Notes under the pieces: generated by a model
What the model was told of the DNA's origin: nothing
Seen by the model: only the letters and a program-made list of their open reading frames with translations
Database searches by the model: none
From: Pristiophorus japonicus
Taxonomy: Eukaryota
NCBI RefSeq assembly: GCF_044704955.1
Contig: NC_091987.1
Location: 68,324,001 to 68,388,000, forward strand
Reading direction: 5' to 3'
Length of the DNA stretch: 64,000 nt
Part shown: one piece after another, positions 35,346 to 49,276 of the stretch
Layout of the letters: every line of letters starts with the position of its first letter
Position numbering within the stretch: position 1 is the first letter of the stretch
Program-made: the position numbers and the translations under genes

Positions 35346-38300
35346 TTAAAACAGACTGATGCTTTGCTATTGCTCATTTTGCACTACCGTCCAAGACAGA
35401 TTTCTATCCCAATATACCATCTACATAGAAGCAATGTATCTCATTTCAGTTCTGAAGAGAGCACCGCTTACTAGAACAAAAATCTGAATTTATATCCAAT
35501 ATATTTTTCTCATCCACCATGCTAGTAATGTCTTCTAAAAACTCCAAGTAAGAGAAGATCTCTGCCATGCTCAATGTGTCGTGAAATCGTAGGCATGTCT
35601 TTGATAAATGGTTCATGCTTTAGCTACACAATATACAGCCTTCCTGCCTTCCTTACCTGAATTCATGCTGACTGTCCTTTTGCAAGTTGTGCTTTTACAA
35701 GTGTTTATTCACTGGATCTTTCAGTATCGTTAGGAAAACTTCCTAACAATAAATGTTGGCTACGGTCCTTCTTCCTGAGTAAAGACATATCTGAAGTAAC
35801 TATTTAATAACTCTGCTATGTCATTGCTACCATATTCTGATTTCTGGCTATCAGTTTTAAGTGAACCAATATTTTCTTCACTATGTGCATACTGCTTAAT
35901 CTGTATAATGACATACTTGTGTCCTAGACTCATGTCTGAGCTTTCTGATTGGTTTGATGTAGGCTCCTGTTTTAGCCACCTTCTTGATTCAGTGTTTCTA
36001 CAGTTTCTGACTCGTTCGGATAAGATTTTCTGCAAGATGAATTCAACGTGATAGTTTTCTTCTTCAACCTCCACCACCATCTCAGCAGAAATACAAAACC
36101 AATGCTAATTTGTTTCGATAGTGCCTGGTGGTATTACCACTCACTCCCTTGGCCTTCCACTGCAAGCCCCCGTCTTCTGTCCTGCTTGTTCCATGAACCT
36201 TCCATTCTCTCGGCCTCAGCCATTGCTTGCTACTTGCTCCCAACCCTGCAGTGGCCCTGTTGTCCCAGTCACTCCTGGGCCTCTGCATCTACCACAATCT
36301 GCCTGACCTCTTGCAATAATTGCTAGAAAAATGCAAAATAAATTCGCAAAATATGAAACGTATCTGCATTGGACTCAGCCATCTACAATTCAGTGTTTCT
36401 ATTGGCTTCTTGAATTAGTTTTCCAACTTGCTTATCCTTGTCTTTATAATTTTATAATTTTCTCAATCCTCCTGCCTACTGGATTACTTGTATGTTTTGA
36501 AAGCCTATCCCCATGACTACCCTTTAATCACATTGGTCACTGTTGCCTTTTAATCTGTTTAGATTTGGTTTGATGGGAATGTCTTTCAATTGTAGCTTTT
36601 GCTTAACATTTGCTTAACAGATACTTCCCATTTTTCTACTTCAGATCCTTATCATTATTGTGTTCCAGTATTAATCTTTGCTTAACCCATTTTGAAAATC
36701 TGTTTTTTTAAGTGCAATATGTTTGTGTCGTTGCCCTTTTTGCATTGTCTGTGAGTATTTTAGTTCATATGATCATTAGATTGAAGATGTTCCTGCATTT
36801 CTTCCTTGTGTACAATATGTGGTTAATTACTGAAGATTAGGGCCAGTGTAACAGCTAGATAGGTCACGGATCAATATATTGAGTAAAGGAAGCAATATTG
36901 CACCATTTCAGGAAACACCCACTCCTCTTGTTTTTTCTCTGATATTTTACCCAGTCAATATGTGTGTAGTTGAAATCTTCCATTATTAAAATGCTGCCCT
37001 TTTTACACATCTCCTTGTTTGCAAAAGCATCTCCTTGTCTATCCTTTGCTTCTGTCCATCAGGTCGATAATAACAATAATTAACTTTCTTCCTTCCTTAT
37101 CCGTGATCTCAATTCACAGTGTCTCAGCTGCATATTATTTCTTTCTATTCACGCAGTGTCCTTACTTACCTATATTTTCGATTTTCAACCTGCTTTGTGG
37201 TGCATATCCATTCTATAGATACCATATATGATTTTTAATTTCTCAGTTAATGCCCTGGTATAACTAGATATTATTCTTAGCACATTGCACGTTGTCAATA
37301 ATAATTCTGTTTCATATTTTGCAAACTTGTTTTACATATTTCTAAGAATACTATGCATTAGGTCTCTATTTTGTTCCATTTTCTTTTCATTATTTTCCCT
37401 TGTGGTCCATGCATTCCACCCTCTTAGTATTACTGTTCACCACCAGCCGCCCCCGCCCCCCCCACCACCATGCAATTAATGTGCGCCTGTAATACTGTGA
37501 TTCAAGGGGAGAACCTGCAATAGAGTTATGTGAGCACCAACCAGATTCATTGACACTTGGGACACAAAAAAAGTGTAATGTCATGTTAGTTTATATGGGA
37601 AATGGGTTTTAGCATTCTGAATCCAGTTCCTAATGGAAATGCTTCTGCTGCACAAAACTCATTTGAATTCAGGCTGACCTACTGAAGGAGTCAATGAGAT
37701 TGACAATTGCTGAACATGGAAATATCATAGTGGTGTAGTAATTGGTGCTCTTTTGAGGTTAGAGTTGGGACAGTGCAGAAAGAGCTTTACCATTTATCTA
37801 ATTCATATTATTGCTGAGTTGGGAGTCCTTGATGCTGACACTTGGTGGAAAAATGTAAAACAATTTTTAGGTTCTCTCACCTTAACTGGCACAAAGTTCA
37901 CTAAGAACAAATTGCCGATACTTCCCTTTAACAAATCATGAACACATGGATGCTAGGAATTGCGTTATGTAAATGCACTGGGATCATGCACCAGAGAGGA
38001 GATCTTCCTCCTCTCCCTGTTGGCTGGCTATAAATACAGGCTGCAGAGCTAAAAATGCAGCATAGATAATTTTAGAATTGTATATGGTGCTATAATCTAT
38101 AACACATAATTATCTGGTAATCGGGGGAAAAATGCTTATCATTCCATATTGCGAAATAGGAGCTGAGGTAATATGATATTATATGCTGCCCCTTCTCTGC
38201 AGTCTTTCCTATTACCTTTCTACCTATGTTATGCAATCTCTACCAATAATAACTAAGTCAAAAACAAACAACTTTTTAGAAATATAGTCTGAGGTTCTGC

Positions 38301-38427
38301 TGATATTCAGAAACCTCTCAATCTTTATTATGTTAACTAACATGTTTGATTAAACCCACAGCTTATATCTCTCTGTCAAGCACTCATGGCCTTCATGTAT
38401 TTCTCACTAGCTTTTGTCATTTCACAG

Positions 38428-38832
38428 AAGCCAACCTTAATGTGGTAATCAGCAGTAATACTACTGAGGTTTTGGAAGGCGATTTTCTTCAGTTTTCCTG
38501 TGATATTCATTCAGTAACTGCAGGCTATGGTCAGCTCGCTATTACCTGGCAGTTCATGAACAAAAAGAAACAAAACAGTGATATAATTGGAATGAACTGG
38601 GATGGCATTCAGGATACTTATCAGCCCTACCACGAGCGTGTCATTAACAGCGATATCAGAATGACAAGAGTGAGATCTGATTCCTTCACATTGGGTATTT
38701 ATAACGCGCTGGCTACAGATGAAGGGCAGTATGCTTGCAAATTGATGGAATGGGCAGCAGAGTCTAATGGAAACTGGAAGCTAATCGGAGAGTATGTCAG
38801 CGACAATAAGGCAGTGACTATCAAATCCCTTG
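38428..38832 (+). CDS. IGSF3: IGSF3-like Ig-V exon 4
   Basis: 405 bp, phase 1. VLEGDFLQFSC...TWQ...DEGQYACKLMEW. NAGNAG acceptor (CAGAAG). Confidence 0.9.
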
Positions 38833-40532
38833 GTAAGCAATTCCGTATTGAATATCTATGATACTTTATTTCAATGTAAACAATTGCAGGGTTCTCAGTT
38901 GGATTGTGTTTTTAATGGGATTGTCCTTATTCTATTATAGATAGCCAAGGCGTAGAATACTGCATTGAAAAATGGGACTTTCATTACTTTCACTGATTTT
39001 GGTGCATTTTTGCTGTCAGTTCAATAATGAAAGTGGATTGTGGGCAGAAAATTACCAACTTTTTTCTTTGCTTTTTTTTAATTTATAATGTTTAATTAAA
39101 AAAAAACCCTCTCTGTGTCTCTTTGTTCCATGCACCATTCCCAACTGAGTAAATGGGCAGGTAACTCGTGACCAACTGCTAAGGAGGTGTATGGGAGCGT
39201 GTGTGGGGGGTTGGGGGGGAGGTCAACGTCCCTCTGATTTTCCCACATGTCATTGAAAAAATTGCCGAGCATCCACCTATGGTCTCTTTAGTTCTGTGTG
39301 GCTAAGATGGGAAATCTATCATGTGGGGAATCATGGACTATTTTACCATCCTCTGACACAGAATGCTGGAGCCACGAATTATTGAGCTACCATGTTGTTT
39401 TGTACAGAAAATATATTCAAATTGAAAAAATTAAAAGAAAAATAAACCCTCAAATGCTGGAAATCGGAAATACAAATAGAAAATGATAGAAATAAACAAC
39501 AGACCAGTTACAGCATCTGTAAAGAGAAAATGTTTGGGGTTAACATCCCAAAATATTAATGTCTTTTCTCTTTACAGATGCTAATGGATCAGTTAGGTAT
39601 TTCATACATCTTCCATTTTATATTAGAATTGAATAGATTGAATATATTTTCCAGAAGCCTGTGTCACTGATGGAGCTTCACCCACAGTCAGAGGTTTAAC
39701 TGAAAATCGCGAGCAATGGATGCACGGTTTTTCAAGACCCCACTAGTAGCTTGTTGTCTTGGAAATTTTAGCCCATTATTATTCTATTTGTATAGTTTTG
39801 CATAGATTAATAGAAGCCTGTGGCAATGATCTTGTTTTTCCTTTGTATTATTCATTTTGTTTTCAATAAAAAACTAAATGGCAACAAGTAATAGGGGAAA
39901 ACTCAATGGGATAGATTTTAACTCTGAGCAGGTTTCTGGTAGGAATCTGCTCCAGTGAGTTGATTTCCCAACTGGTAGAGGCAGCAGAAGGCTACTTCGG
40001 TTTTAACCGCTAGGCCTCATTTAAATACCGCCGGTCCACTTTTGACATGTAACGAGCATGGAGAGGGTGCAGTACAAATACTGGCATGTGAGGAGCCACC
40101 CGCCAACTCCCAGGTACCGCTGGGGAGGAGGTTTCGGGATGGTCTCGTGGAAGGGAAGTGGTGTCGGACATTGGGGCAGGGGAACCAGAGGAAGCACTCC
40201 TGCTTTTTCTGGCCCAACTACCAACAATGGAAAGTTTTAGAATTACCTAAACGGTCTAGTCTGTCTTCAGATCAGCTGCATATCTGTTTCTACATAGAGG
40301 GAAAGCCGAGGTGTTCAAAAGGCTTTTGAATTGGTCAAAAGGGCATTGTTCTGATCCAGTGAACCCAGACCATACTGTTTCTAGAATATGTGCTAAGGAA
40401 ACTGACATCACAATAACTTGAACACTTTTTCTCCCCTGGGGGAACACCTGTGCTAGGTTTTACACTGATCTGTACTGAATAGTCTCAGTAGAGTTGGCGA
40501 TATCCACTAATTTCTATCTTTAATGCTTACAG

Positions 40533-40934
40533 AAAGCAGCTTTGTAGTTACCGCAATAACCCGGACACCAACCGTGAGCTACTATGGGACATTTGAACTC
40601 CAGTGTTACATTAAACCCGCATATCTTACCCATGTGTCAGCATCTGTATCCTGGAAATTCCAACCAGCCAATTCTAATGGCAGCTACCACCTTGTTACTT
40701 TCACCCATGACACTGCGATTGAGTGGGGGGACAAGGCGGAGAACTTCAAAGGGAAAATGATAGTAGTGAAAACGGCATCCAATACTGTCCGGTTGAGTGT
40801 CTCCAGAGCCAGCAAGCTGGAAGCTGGGAAGTTTCTATGTATCGCAGAATTATGGGGAAGACATCATCCAAACCAATGGGTCATGAAAACCAGTGCAACA
40901 TCGAACATTCTGGAAGTGAAGGTTAGACCCCCAG
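40533..40934 (+). CDS. IGSF3: IGSF3-like Ig-V exon 5
   Basis: 402 bp, phase 1. TAITRTP...FELQCYIKP...LVTFT...VRLSVSRAS..EAGKFLCIAELW matches IGSF3 domain 5 as I recall it. Confidence 0.92.
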
Positions 40935-41067
40935 GTAGGTTAATGGATGTGGTGCTTTTAGTATTTACAGGATCAAAGGTGCATTAAAATGGAACCCAGG
41001 CTGTCATATGTAGCATAAGAGATATTAACCTGCCTTCTTAAAAAAAAAGATAGAAATTGAAAATGAA

Positions 41068-41430
41068 ATAATGGCCCCAGTTGGTAAGTGCACTGTGCAG
41101 TGTGGAAATGAGCAGATCATAAGGGCCCAACTCCAATTCCGAGTCTGTGCAGTAGGAGAGAAGGGACTCCGTGGCCCTGGGATAGGGTGGGGGAAAGGTC
41201 TGCCAGAGTATCTGCTTGTGGTTGTTATCCAGTGACTCGACTGGAAAAGTGTGTCCGATGAAGATAGGATCAAGCTCAGCTGTGGAGTCCCCAACTGACA
41301 ATAGCCTGCTATCACTCACTGTCTAGGTTCACACATGAAGAATGGTGCCTTCGGCATGGTACTGGAAAGCCACAGGCATCTGTTGAGCTACCTCCCAGCA
41401 GGAGTCAGCACCTTTGTGAGAGAAATGGAG
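41068..41430 (+). mobile_element. Old tRNA-derived SINE (family uncertain)
   Basis: tRNA-like head TGGCCCCAGTTGGTAAGTGC and a 3' body resembling ancient vertebrate SINEs. Confidence 0.4.
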
Positions 41431-42139
41431 AAAACTGAACCAGAAGAAAGCAAAATATGAATTTGTGAAAAACAAAATAAATTAACTAATTATAAGTAAA
41501 TACAATGAAATAGGAAGGTGATTTATGAATAGATAACAAAACAAACAAGAGGCAATTAAAAGACTATTTCCATCATTAGGACGAATCAATCCGTTGCAGT
41601 TACTTGTGGTCGTTCACATGTAACCAACTATGAACAGGCGCTTGTGAAAATTAGGTTATTTGTATCTATCTGAGATACTTTAATCCAAAAAGTTATTTAA
41701 GGGGCTCCACGCTGTTCAGAGCTGCACAAATAATATTTTAACCTCTTACCACAATGTCAACATATTGCTAAAATGCAGTTTTGATGCTTTTTAGGAGAAA
41801 TTGTGTATTTTAAAATGTATTGGTGCTCTGTACATGTTCTGGCACTTTACACAGCCCTGAACCTGACATTACAACAAAAAGTAGTTAAAGTTGGCCAGTT
41901 CATATTAATTTAGAAAAATTTGCAATTTGTGTTTTGGAGCTGCTCTACATCTGAAAATCAAATTGTCATCAATAAAGTAATGAGAGAACTAATCAAGAGT
42001 AAGGTAACTTGTTCTCTCAACTAATAGATGCCTAGAAGTAAGACAGATATATGAAAGCATCATTAGTGCCATGGGTTCAACTGTGAAAAGTGCTGATTAG
42101 TTCTTGTCGCCACTCTCCTAAATTTAGATGAGTTTATAC

Positions 42140-42375
42140 TTGCCTTCTGTTGCCTAAGCCCCAAGCTCTGGAACTCCCTACCTAAACCTCTCCGCCTCTC
42201 TTTCCTCCTACAAGACGCTCCTTAAAACATACCTCTTTGACCAAGCTTTTGGTCACCTGCGCTAATTTCTACTTATGCGGCTCAGTGTCAAATTTTTATC
42301 TCATAATATTCCTGTGAAGTGCCTTGAGACATTCCACTATTTTAAAGATGCTATGTAAATACAAGTTGTTGTTGT
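42140..42375 (+). mobile_element. L2-type LINE 3' end
   Basis: CTCTGGAACTCCCT...CTTAAAACATACCTCTT ORF2 end; tail GCTATGTAAATACAAGTTGTTGTTG resembles the SINE tails. Confidence 0.65.
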
Positions 42376-42480
42376 AAAGTAATCATTAGATATTGACTGA
42401 TCTCTTTGAACCTTGAACCTAAATAGTACAAAGAAATACAATTAAATTATTTTGATATACTGTCTTTTCTACTTGTGTAG

Positions 42481-42897
42481 TAAGTCTCTTGAAGCTGACT
42501 AAGCAAGTTAGAACCATACAGAAAAGGATCAATGACATCACCGAACTTGAATGTAGAATTTCAGCTCGAACTCAAAATGATTCTCAATTGTCAATCACGT
42601 GGCTCTTTAATAAGACCCTGGGACCAAATGTGACAGGGGAAAAACTTCTGAGCATTGATCGCAATAATATTGTCCAGTACTATGGAAAATTGTTTACCAA
42701 TATGAAGAAGAGGATGAAATTCCAGGATGAGAAGACCTCTAATGATGTGTACAAGCTGATTATACAGAAAACTGATGTGAATGACAGCGGAAGTTACTAT
42801 TGTCACGTAATGGAGTGGCTTTTGGATCCCAACAACATCTGGTATAAAGTGGGGGAGAATACGTCGGCAATAACAATTGTTCAAGTGCATTCAGCAG
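42481..42897 (+). CDS. IGSF3: IGSF3-like Ig-V exon 6
   Basis: 417 bp, phase 1. LECRIS...ITW...DSGSYYCHVMEWLLDP. Confidence 0.92.
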
Positions 42898-45370
42898 GTA
42901 AACAAGTTTCCTAAATATCTCATAAAAATTGCAGGACTGGAACAAATGACAATTTCTTTATTTAATTCTGTGAGTGGTTTCTTTTCCTTCAACTAAGAGT
43001 GATTTTCACTGGAGTGCAAATAATGTGTGGAACTAGCAGTAGCATAGACATAATGGCCTCTGTGGAGAAAAAGATTGGTCTAATTTCTAAAGGAGTCATT
43101 TTTTGACTTTGCACTCCTGACTGGAGCTGCCTGGCAGTGGCCCATGCAGTACATGACTTTTAGACCATTCATTTAAATGGCTGGAAGATCATAAGCTGTG
43201 CCCACTGGAATTTCCAATACGGGCTCCTAGTGGTCAGAAAATTACCTTTAAGCATAAGCTAAACAGTGTCCAAAATGGATGAGCCAAGAAAAGAAAATGG
43301 AGATAAGAAAGAAAAATAATATGAAAACAATGGGGAAAGGGAAGGAAAAACATTAGAAAGAATAGAAGAAAATGTTAAAATGTAGTTATAAATGGTTTTA
43401 TGAACTCAATTAGGGCATGACAACAGAATGTAACAAAGAAGGCTAAGCACAATGTAAAAAAAAAATTCATTATTCGGAAAAGAATGGTTAAGGAGGAAGT
43501 AATTGGTTGGAGTTTCCTTTGCTATACTGTCCAAAATCAGGCTATATAGTGATGGAAAATAAAGAAAAATCAGGTGAGGTCGCCTACTGCCAAATCCTTG
43601 ACTCTCACAGCGCCAACCTCGGTTCCTCCAGTGGCAAGGAAGTATGCTGCCTGATCCCAGATTGCCTCACCACACATAAATGATGGTGGGGAAGCAGGTC
43701 CTGGGAATTCACCTGATTTAACTTCCTTTCAACACTGCTATTGGCTGACCTCAGGTATCTCCAGACGTGGATTGGTGGTATACTCTGGATCGTAGTGAAG
43801 AGCCTGCTGAGGCCTCTCTGGGATGAAAGGGCCTCTCTCCTTCTCTCTCAGGTTCCCACTCATCAGATGGTGGTCTCAGCCTAGTTTGAGGCTTAAATGA
43901 AAAATTGTAAGCTTATCTTTGGGACTCTTGTGTCTCCTTAAATTCAGACTTTAAGTATTGCTGTATCTTGCACCCTGACAGTGATGGTCTCCCTCTTGCT
44001 GGCATGGCTCCCGAGTCTGCCCTGTATAAACAATGACTCAAGAAAATCGGCCAGGGTCATTGTGAAATTGGGGTGGCAGGCAGCAGTCTCACCCTGACCA
44101 TCCTGTGGTCCCTTGAAGAAAGTCCCAGCCTAGATTTACAAAAGATGAAAGCGGTGTAATAACTGAAGATGAAGGGAAAACAGTTTAATTATGTAATGGT
44201 TATTTCTAAAAGTGTTCACCAGAAAGAAAACACTCTTTGCTATTCAATAATACAATGAATATTACAGAATATTTTGAAATAAGCAAAGAGAAAGTATTTG
44301 ATAAGTCAAAAGGAATGAAGACTAATGAAACCCGTCAGTAAAATGGTAAATAATTTAGATTGAAAAAGGAGACTAGAGAGGACACTTGCAGATGACAGTG
44401 TTTAAAGATTTACTGGGTACGAGAGAAATTCCAGAGAATTAGAAGTAAGCAGATTGTAGTGCCTATATTTTAAAAAAGGGAGACAAATTTGACCTAGGTA
44501 ACTAGACTTACGTTTATACTGGGTAAAATAACAGAAACCATACTAAAGAGTAGATAGGCGGATATATACTGTACAGTTTTGTCTCATGAAATGGAAAATC
44601 TACATCCCATCTACATGCATTGTCCATTCCTGGTTACCTTGAGAAGGTGGTAGTGGGTCTTCTTGAGTCGCTACAGTCCGTGCAATGATGGTGCTTCTAT
44701 GACGGTGCTAATTAGTGAATTTCAGGATTTTGATATCACCACCCCTTCATTGTTACTGTATGTGTCCAAGTCCAAGTGTGAGACTTGGAGGGAAACTTGC
44801 GGGTGATGGTGCTCCCATGACATTGATGCTCTTGTTTTTCTGAGGCTGTCGAACTGATACCAAAAAAATTATTTCTCATTTGCGGTCAGGTATGAGCTAG
44901 CTAGCATCTGTGCTTTTACATGAAGGTAGCTTTCAGCCCCAAATAGGTCTAACCTCCTTTGAAGCACCTCTTGCAACAAGTTATTCAACTCTTCAGTATC
45001 AATTCATGCCCAGTTTGTGTTGGTGTTTATCCTCCACATAAGCAGTAGTGCTAATCCCATATGCCCATATTCAACAACAAAAATGACTACATCTAACACT
45101 AGATGACTAGATACCCTAGTAAGATTGAACCTCCAAAGTTTAAGAAGTCAAAATTGTGTCTATCTCTAAATGTTAGTGTGTTGGTTCTCTGGCAGGGGGT
45201 GGGGCGGTGGGGGGGAGGAGTCTGTCCCTAATTACTTGTTTACTATAGATGAGAAAATACCCATTTTCCTGAAATTTTGGATAAATCAGTAATCTGGTGG
45301 ACTGAGATCTACTCTCCACTGGCTGTTGTCTACAGATGACTATCTCTTTTCTTGGGAAGCAATGGTAAAG

Positions 45371-48035
45371 TGAAACACAGAAATTTACAGTGCAGAAGGA
45401 GGCCATTTTGGCCCATCGTGTCCGCGCCGGCCGACAAAAAGCCGCACGGCCCTTGGTCAGCAGCCCTAAAGGTTACATATAAACCTATGAACAATGACGG
45501 AAAGGCAAAGAGCACCCAGCCCAACCAGTCCGACTCACACAACTGCGACACCCCTTATTCTGAAACATTCAACACTCCATCCCAACCGGAGCCATGTGAT
45601 CTCCTGGGAGAGGCAAAAACCAGATTAAAAACCCAGGCCAATTTAGGGAGAAAAATTCTGGGAAAATTCCTCTCCGACCCATCCAGGCGATCGAAACTAG
45701 TCCAGGAGATCATGCTGGCCGTATTCTATTCCCTTACCATTATATCTGCGCCATCCAACAAAAGGTCATCCAGTCTAATCCCAATTACCAGCTCTAAGTC
45801 CGTAACCCTGCAGGTTACTGCACTTTAATTGCCCATCCAAGCATCTCTTAAATGTGGTGAGCGTTTCTGCATCCACCACTCTTCCAGGCAGCGAGTTCCA
45901 GATCCCCACAACCCTCTGCATAAAGAAGCCCCCCCTCAAATCCCCTCTAAACCTTCCACCAACCACCTTAAAACTATGCCCCCTCATTATAGATTCCTCC
46001 ACCAAAAGAAATAGACCCTTACTCTCCACTATGTCCAGGCCCCTCAATATTTTGTACACCTCAATGAGGTCTCCTCTCAACCTCCTCTGTTCCAATGAGA
46101 ACAAACCCAGCCTATCCAATCTGTCCTCATAACTAAGATTCTCCATTCCAGGCAGCATCCTAGTAAATCTCCTCTGCACCCTCTCTAATGCAATCACGTC
46201 CTTCGTTTAATACGGCAACCAGAACTGCACGCAGTACTCCAGCTGTGGCCTAACCAAAGTATTATACAATTTAAGCATAACCTCCCTGCTCTTTTGTATT
46301 CTATGCCTCGGCCAATAAAGGCAAGCATTCTGTATGCCTTCTTAACCACCTTATCTAACTGGCCTGCTACTTTCAGGGATCTGTGGTGCCTTTGTTCATC
46401 TACACTATTAAGTGGCCTACTGCCTAATGTGTATACCCTTTCCTTATTAGCCCTCCCTAAGTGCATCACCTCACACTTCTCTGAATTAAATTCCATTTGC
46501 CACTGCTCTGCCCACCTGTTCAGCCATGAACTCATTGAATGGCGGTGCAGGCTTGAAGGGCCGAATGGCCTACTCCTGCACCTATTTTCTATGTTTCTAT
46601 GTTTCCATATTTCTGACCAGTAGATTAATATCCTGCTGCAGCCCATGACTTTCCTCTTCATTATCAACCAGATTGCCAATTTTAGTGCCATCTGCAAACT
46701 TCTTAATCATACTCCTTATATTCAAATCTAAATCGTTGATATATACTACAAAAAGCAAGGGACCCAGTACTGAGCCCTGCGGAACCCCACAGGAAACATC
46801 CTTCCAGTCACAAAAACATCAATCAATCATTACCCTTTGCTTCCTACCTCCAAGCCTGTATCCCATGGGCTTTAACCTTCATGACCAATCTACCATGTGG
46901 GACCTTATCAAAAGTCCATATATACTACATCGTATGCACTACCCTCATCGACCCTCTTGTTTACCTCCTCAAAAAATTCAATCAGGTTAGTCAAACACGA
47001 TCTTCCCTTAACAAACCCGTGCTGACGGTCCCTAATTAATCCTTGCCTTTCCAAATGCAGATTTATCCTGTCTTTCAGGATTTTTTCCAATAATTTTCCC
47101 AACACTGAGGTTAGGCTGAAAAGGCCTGTAATTACTTGGCCTATCCCTTTCTCCCTTCTTAGACAAGGGTATCACATTAGCAGTCCTCCAATCCTCTGGC
47201 ACCATGCCCAGATCCAAAGAGGATTGGAAAATGATGGTCAAGGCCTCTACTATTTCCTCTTTTACTTTGCTCAACAACCTGGGATGCATTTCATCCGGGC
47301 CTGGGGACTTATCTACTTTCAAAGCTGCTAAACCCCTTAATACTTCCTCTCTCACTATATTTATTTCATCCAGAATATCACACTCCTCCTTGATAGCAGA
47401 ATCTGCATTGCCCCTTTCCTTTATGAAAACAGATGCAAAGTATTCGTTAAGAACCCTACCAACATCTTCCACCTCCACACAAAGATTACCCTCATGATCT
47501 CTAATAGGCCCTACCCTTTCTTTAGTTACCCTCTTACTCTTAATATATTTTAGAACATCTTAGGGTTTTCCTTAAATTTTACTGGCCAAGAATTTCTCGT
47601 GCTCTCTCTTAGCATTCCTAATATCCTTTTGCCTCTTAACTTTCTATATTCCTCTAAAAATTCTGTAGTATTTAGCTGTTGGTATATGACATAAGTGTCC
47701 CTTTTTATCTTAATCCTCACCTGTAAGTCCCTAGACATCCAGGGGGCTCTAGAATCATTTTTCCCAGCCTTTTTCTTTAAGGGCACATGTTTGGTCTGAG
47801 CCTTCCGGGTCTCCTCCTTGAATGCCTTCCACTGTTCCGACACTGATTTACCCACAAGTAGCTGTTTCCAGTCCACTATGGCCAAATGACTCCTTAACTT
47901 AGCAAAATTGGCTTTTCCCCAATTCAGAACTTTTATTCCAGGCCTATGCTTGTCCTTATCCATAACCATTTTGAATCTGACTGAATTATGGTCACTGGCA
48001 CCCAAGTGCTCTCCCACTAATACCACTTCAACCTA
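45371..48035 (-). mobile_element. CR1 LINE, decayed (end of the endonuclease through an extended 3' UTR)
   Basis: [41 protein letters not shown] on the minus strand. Confidence 0.9.
46517..46614 (+). mobile_element. Short CR1 3'-end insertion (family of 2641-5950) inside the older antisense CR1
   Basis: Near-identical to 5849-5940. Host sequence CCCACCTG|ACCAG resumes after it. Confidence 0.9.
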
Positions 48036-48229
48036 CCAACCTGTGCACTGATCATTGGATCAACAGATCTTCATAGCAGAATCTATGGTTAAACCCTGAA
48101 GAAAATTATGTTCTATCTTCTTGTACTGTACATATTCTCTCTAAGCTCAACCCCAACATGCACTGATAAATTTATATCACTTCAAAGCAGGCCTCACAAT
48201 GTTTCTTTTGTCTTGTGTTGCTTTTGCAG

Positions 48230-48640
48230 ATGCAAACCTGCAGCTCAATAACAATAATATAACTGTGTCAAGCAGTGAGGATGCTGTTGTTGAAATTGAA
48301 TGCTGCATTATCAACCAGACACACATGCAATCGCAATTTTCAGTTGCATGGTGCTTCCAAGGGGATCCAAAGGCCAAGGAAACAACGCTTCTCCAAACTG
48401 ATCGCAATAATATCCTACAGTACTATGGAGACTTGCGTACAGATCCTCAGAAGAAGATGAAATTCCAAAGTATGAAGGCCTCTAGTAAAACCTACAAGTT
48501 GATCGTACAGAAGGCAGCACTCAGTGACAGTGGTGTTTACTTTTGCAACGTGGATGAATGGGTGTCGAGCCCCCAAAATGAATGGGTTATTCAAGGAAGT
48601 GCTCGATCTGGATCAACAACTCTTCAAGTCCAAGCACCAG
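48230..48640 (+). CDS. IGSF3: IGSF3-like Ig-V exon 7
   Basis: 411 bp, phase 1. IECCII...FSVAW...DSGVYFCNVDEW. Confidence 0.92.
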
Positions 48641-49276
48641 GTAACATCACCAGAATCCAACATCTTTTATTATAACATTATTCTCTCTCTTCTGAGACAT
48701 AATTCCGAACCAATCTGTATAGAAGTGATGAAGTTCATGTCAGCGTCTAGAATAGGATTTTTGATTATGTGTATGTTAGAATATTGACCTTTTCTTTCTC
48801 TTCATGGACACTAAGCCCAAACTCAACCTACACAAAGATTATATGGAATAGTGTTAGAACATTATCTTTTCATCTCTTTGTTCTAAGTTGAAATCCAGTA
48901 TCTAGAAAGGAAGTTAAGGTTTCCGCTCAGGCGCTTGACAAGAACACTGCAGTAAATGACAATATGTCTCAGAGAGAATGTAAATATGCAGAAACTTGCC
49001 CCTAATAATTATCAGAAATATATTATAAAGTATTTAGTAGCTGAGTGGAGCACTTAGTTAGCATGCTGTCCTTTCACCTCAGGGATTTGGGTTTGAAGTT
49101 AGCACAAATTAGCAGGAATAAAGGCTCTTTTGTCTTTTGGATTTAATGGTCCCACATGAAATCAGTTCAGGCAGGCTCATCGCAGTCCCTACTGTTTGTG
49201 GGCTTAAAGCGCAACATTTCCTATCATTTATCACTAATTGGCATTGTCGATAATCTCGTTTTGACAATATGGAAGT

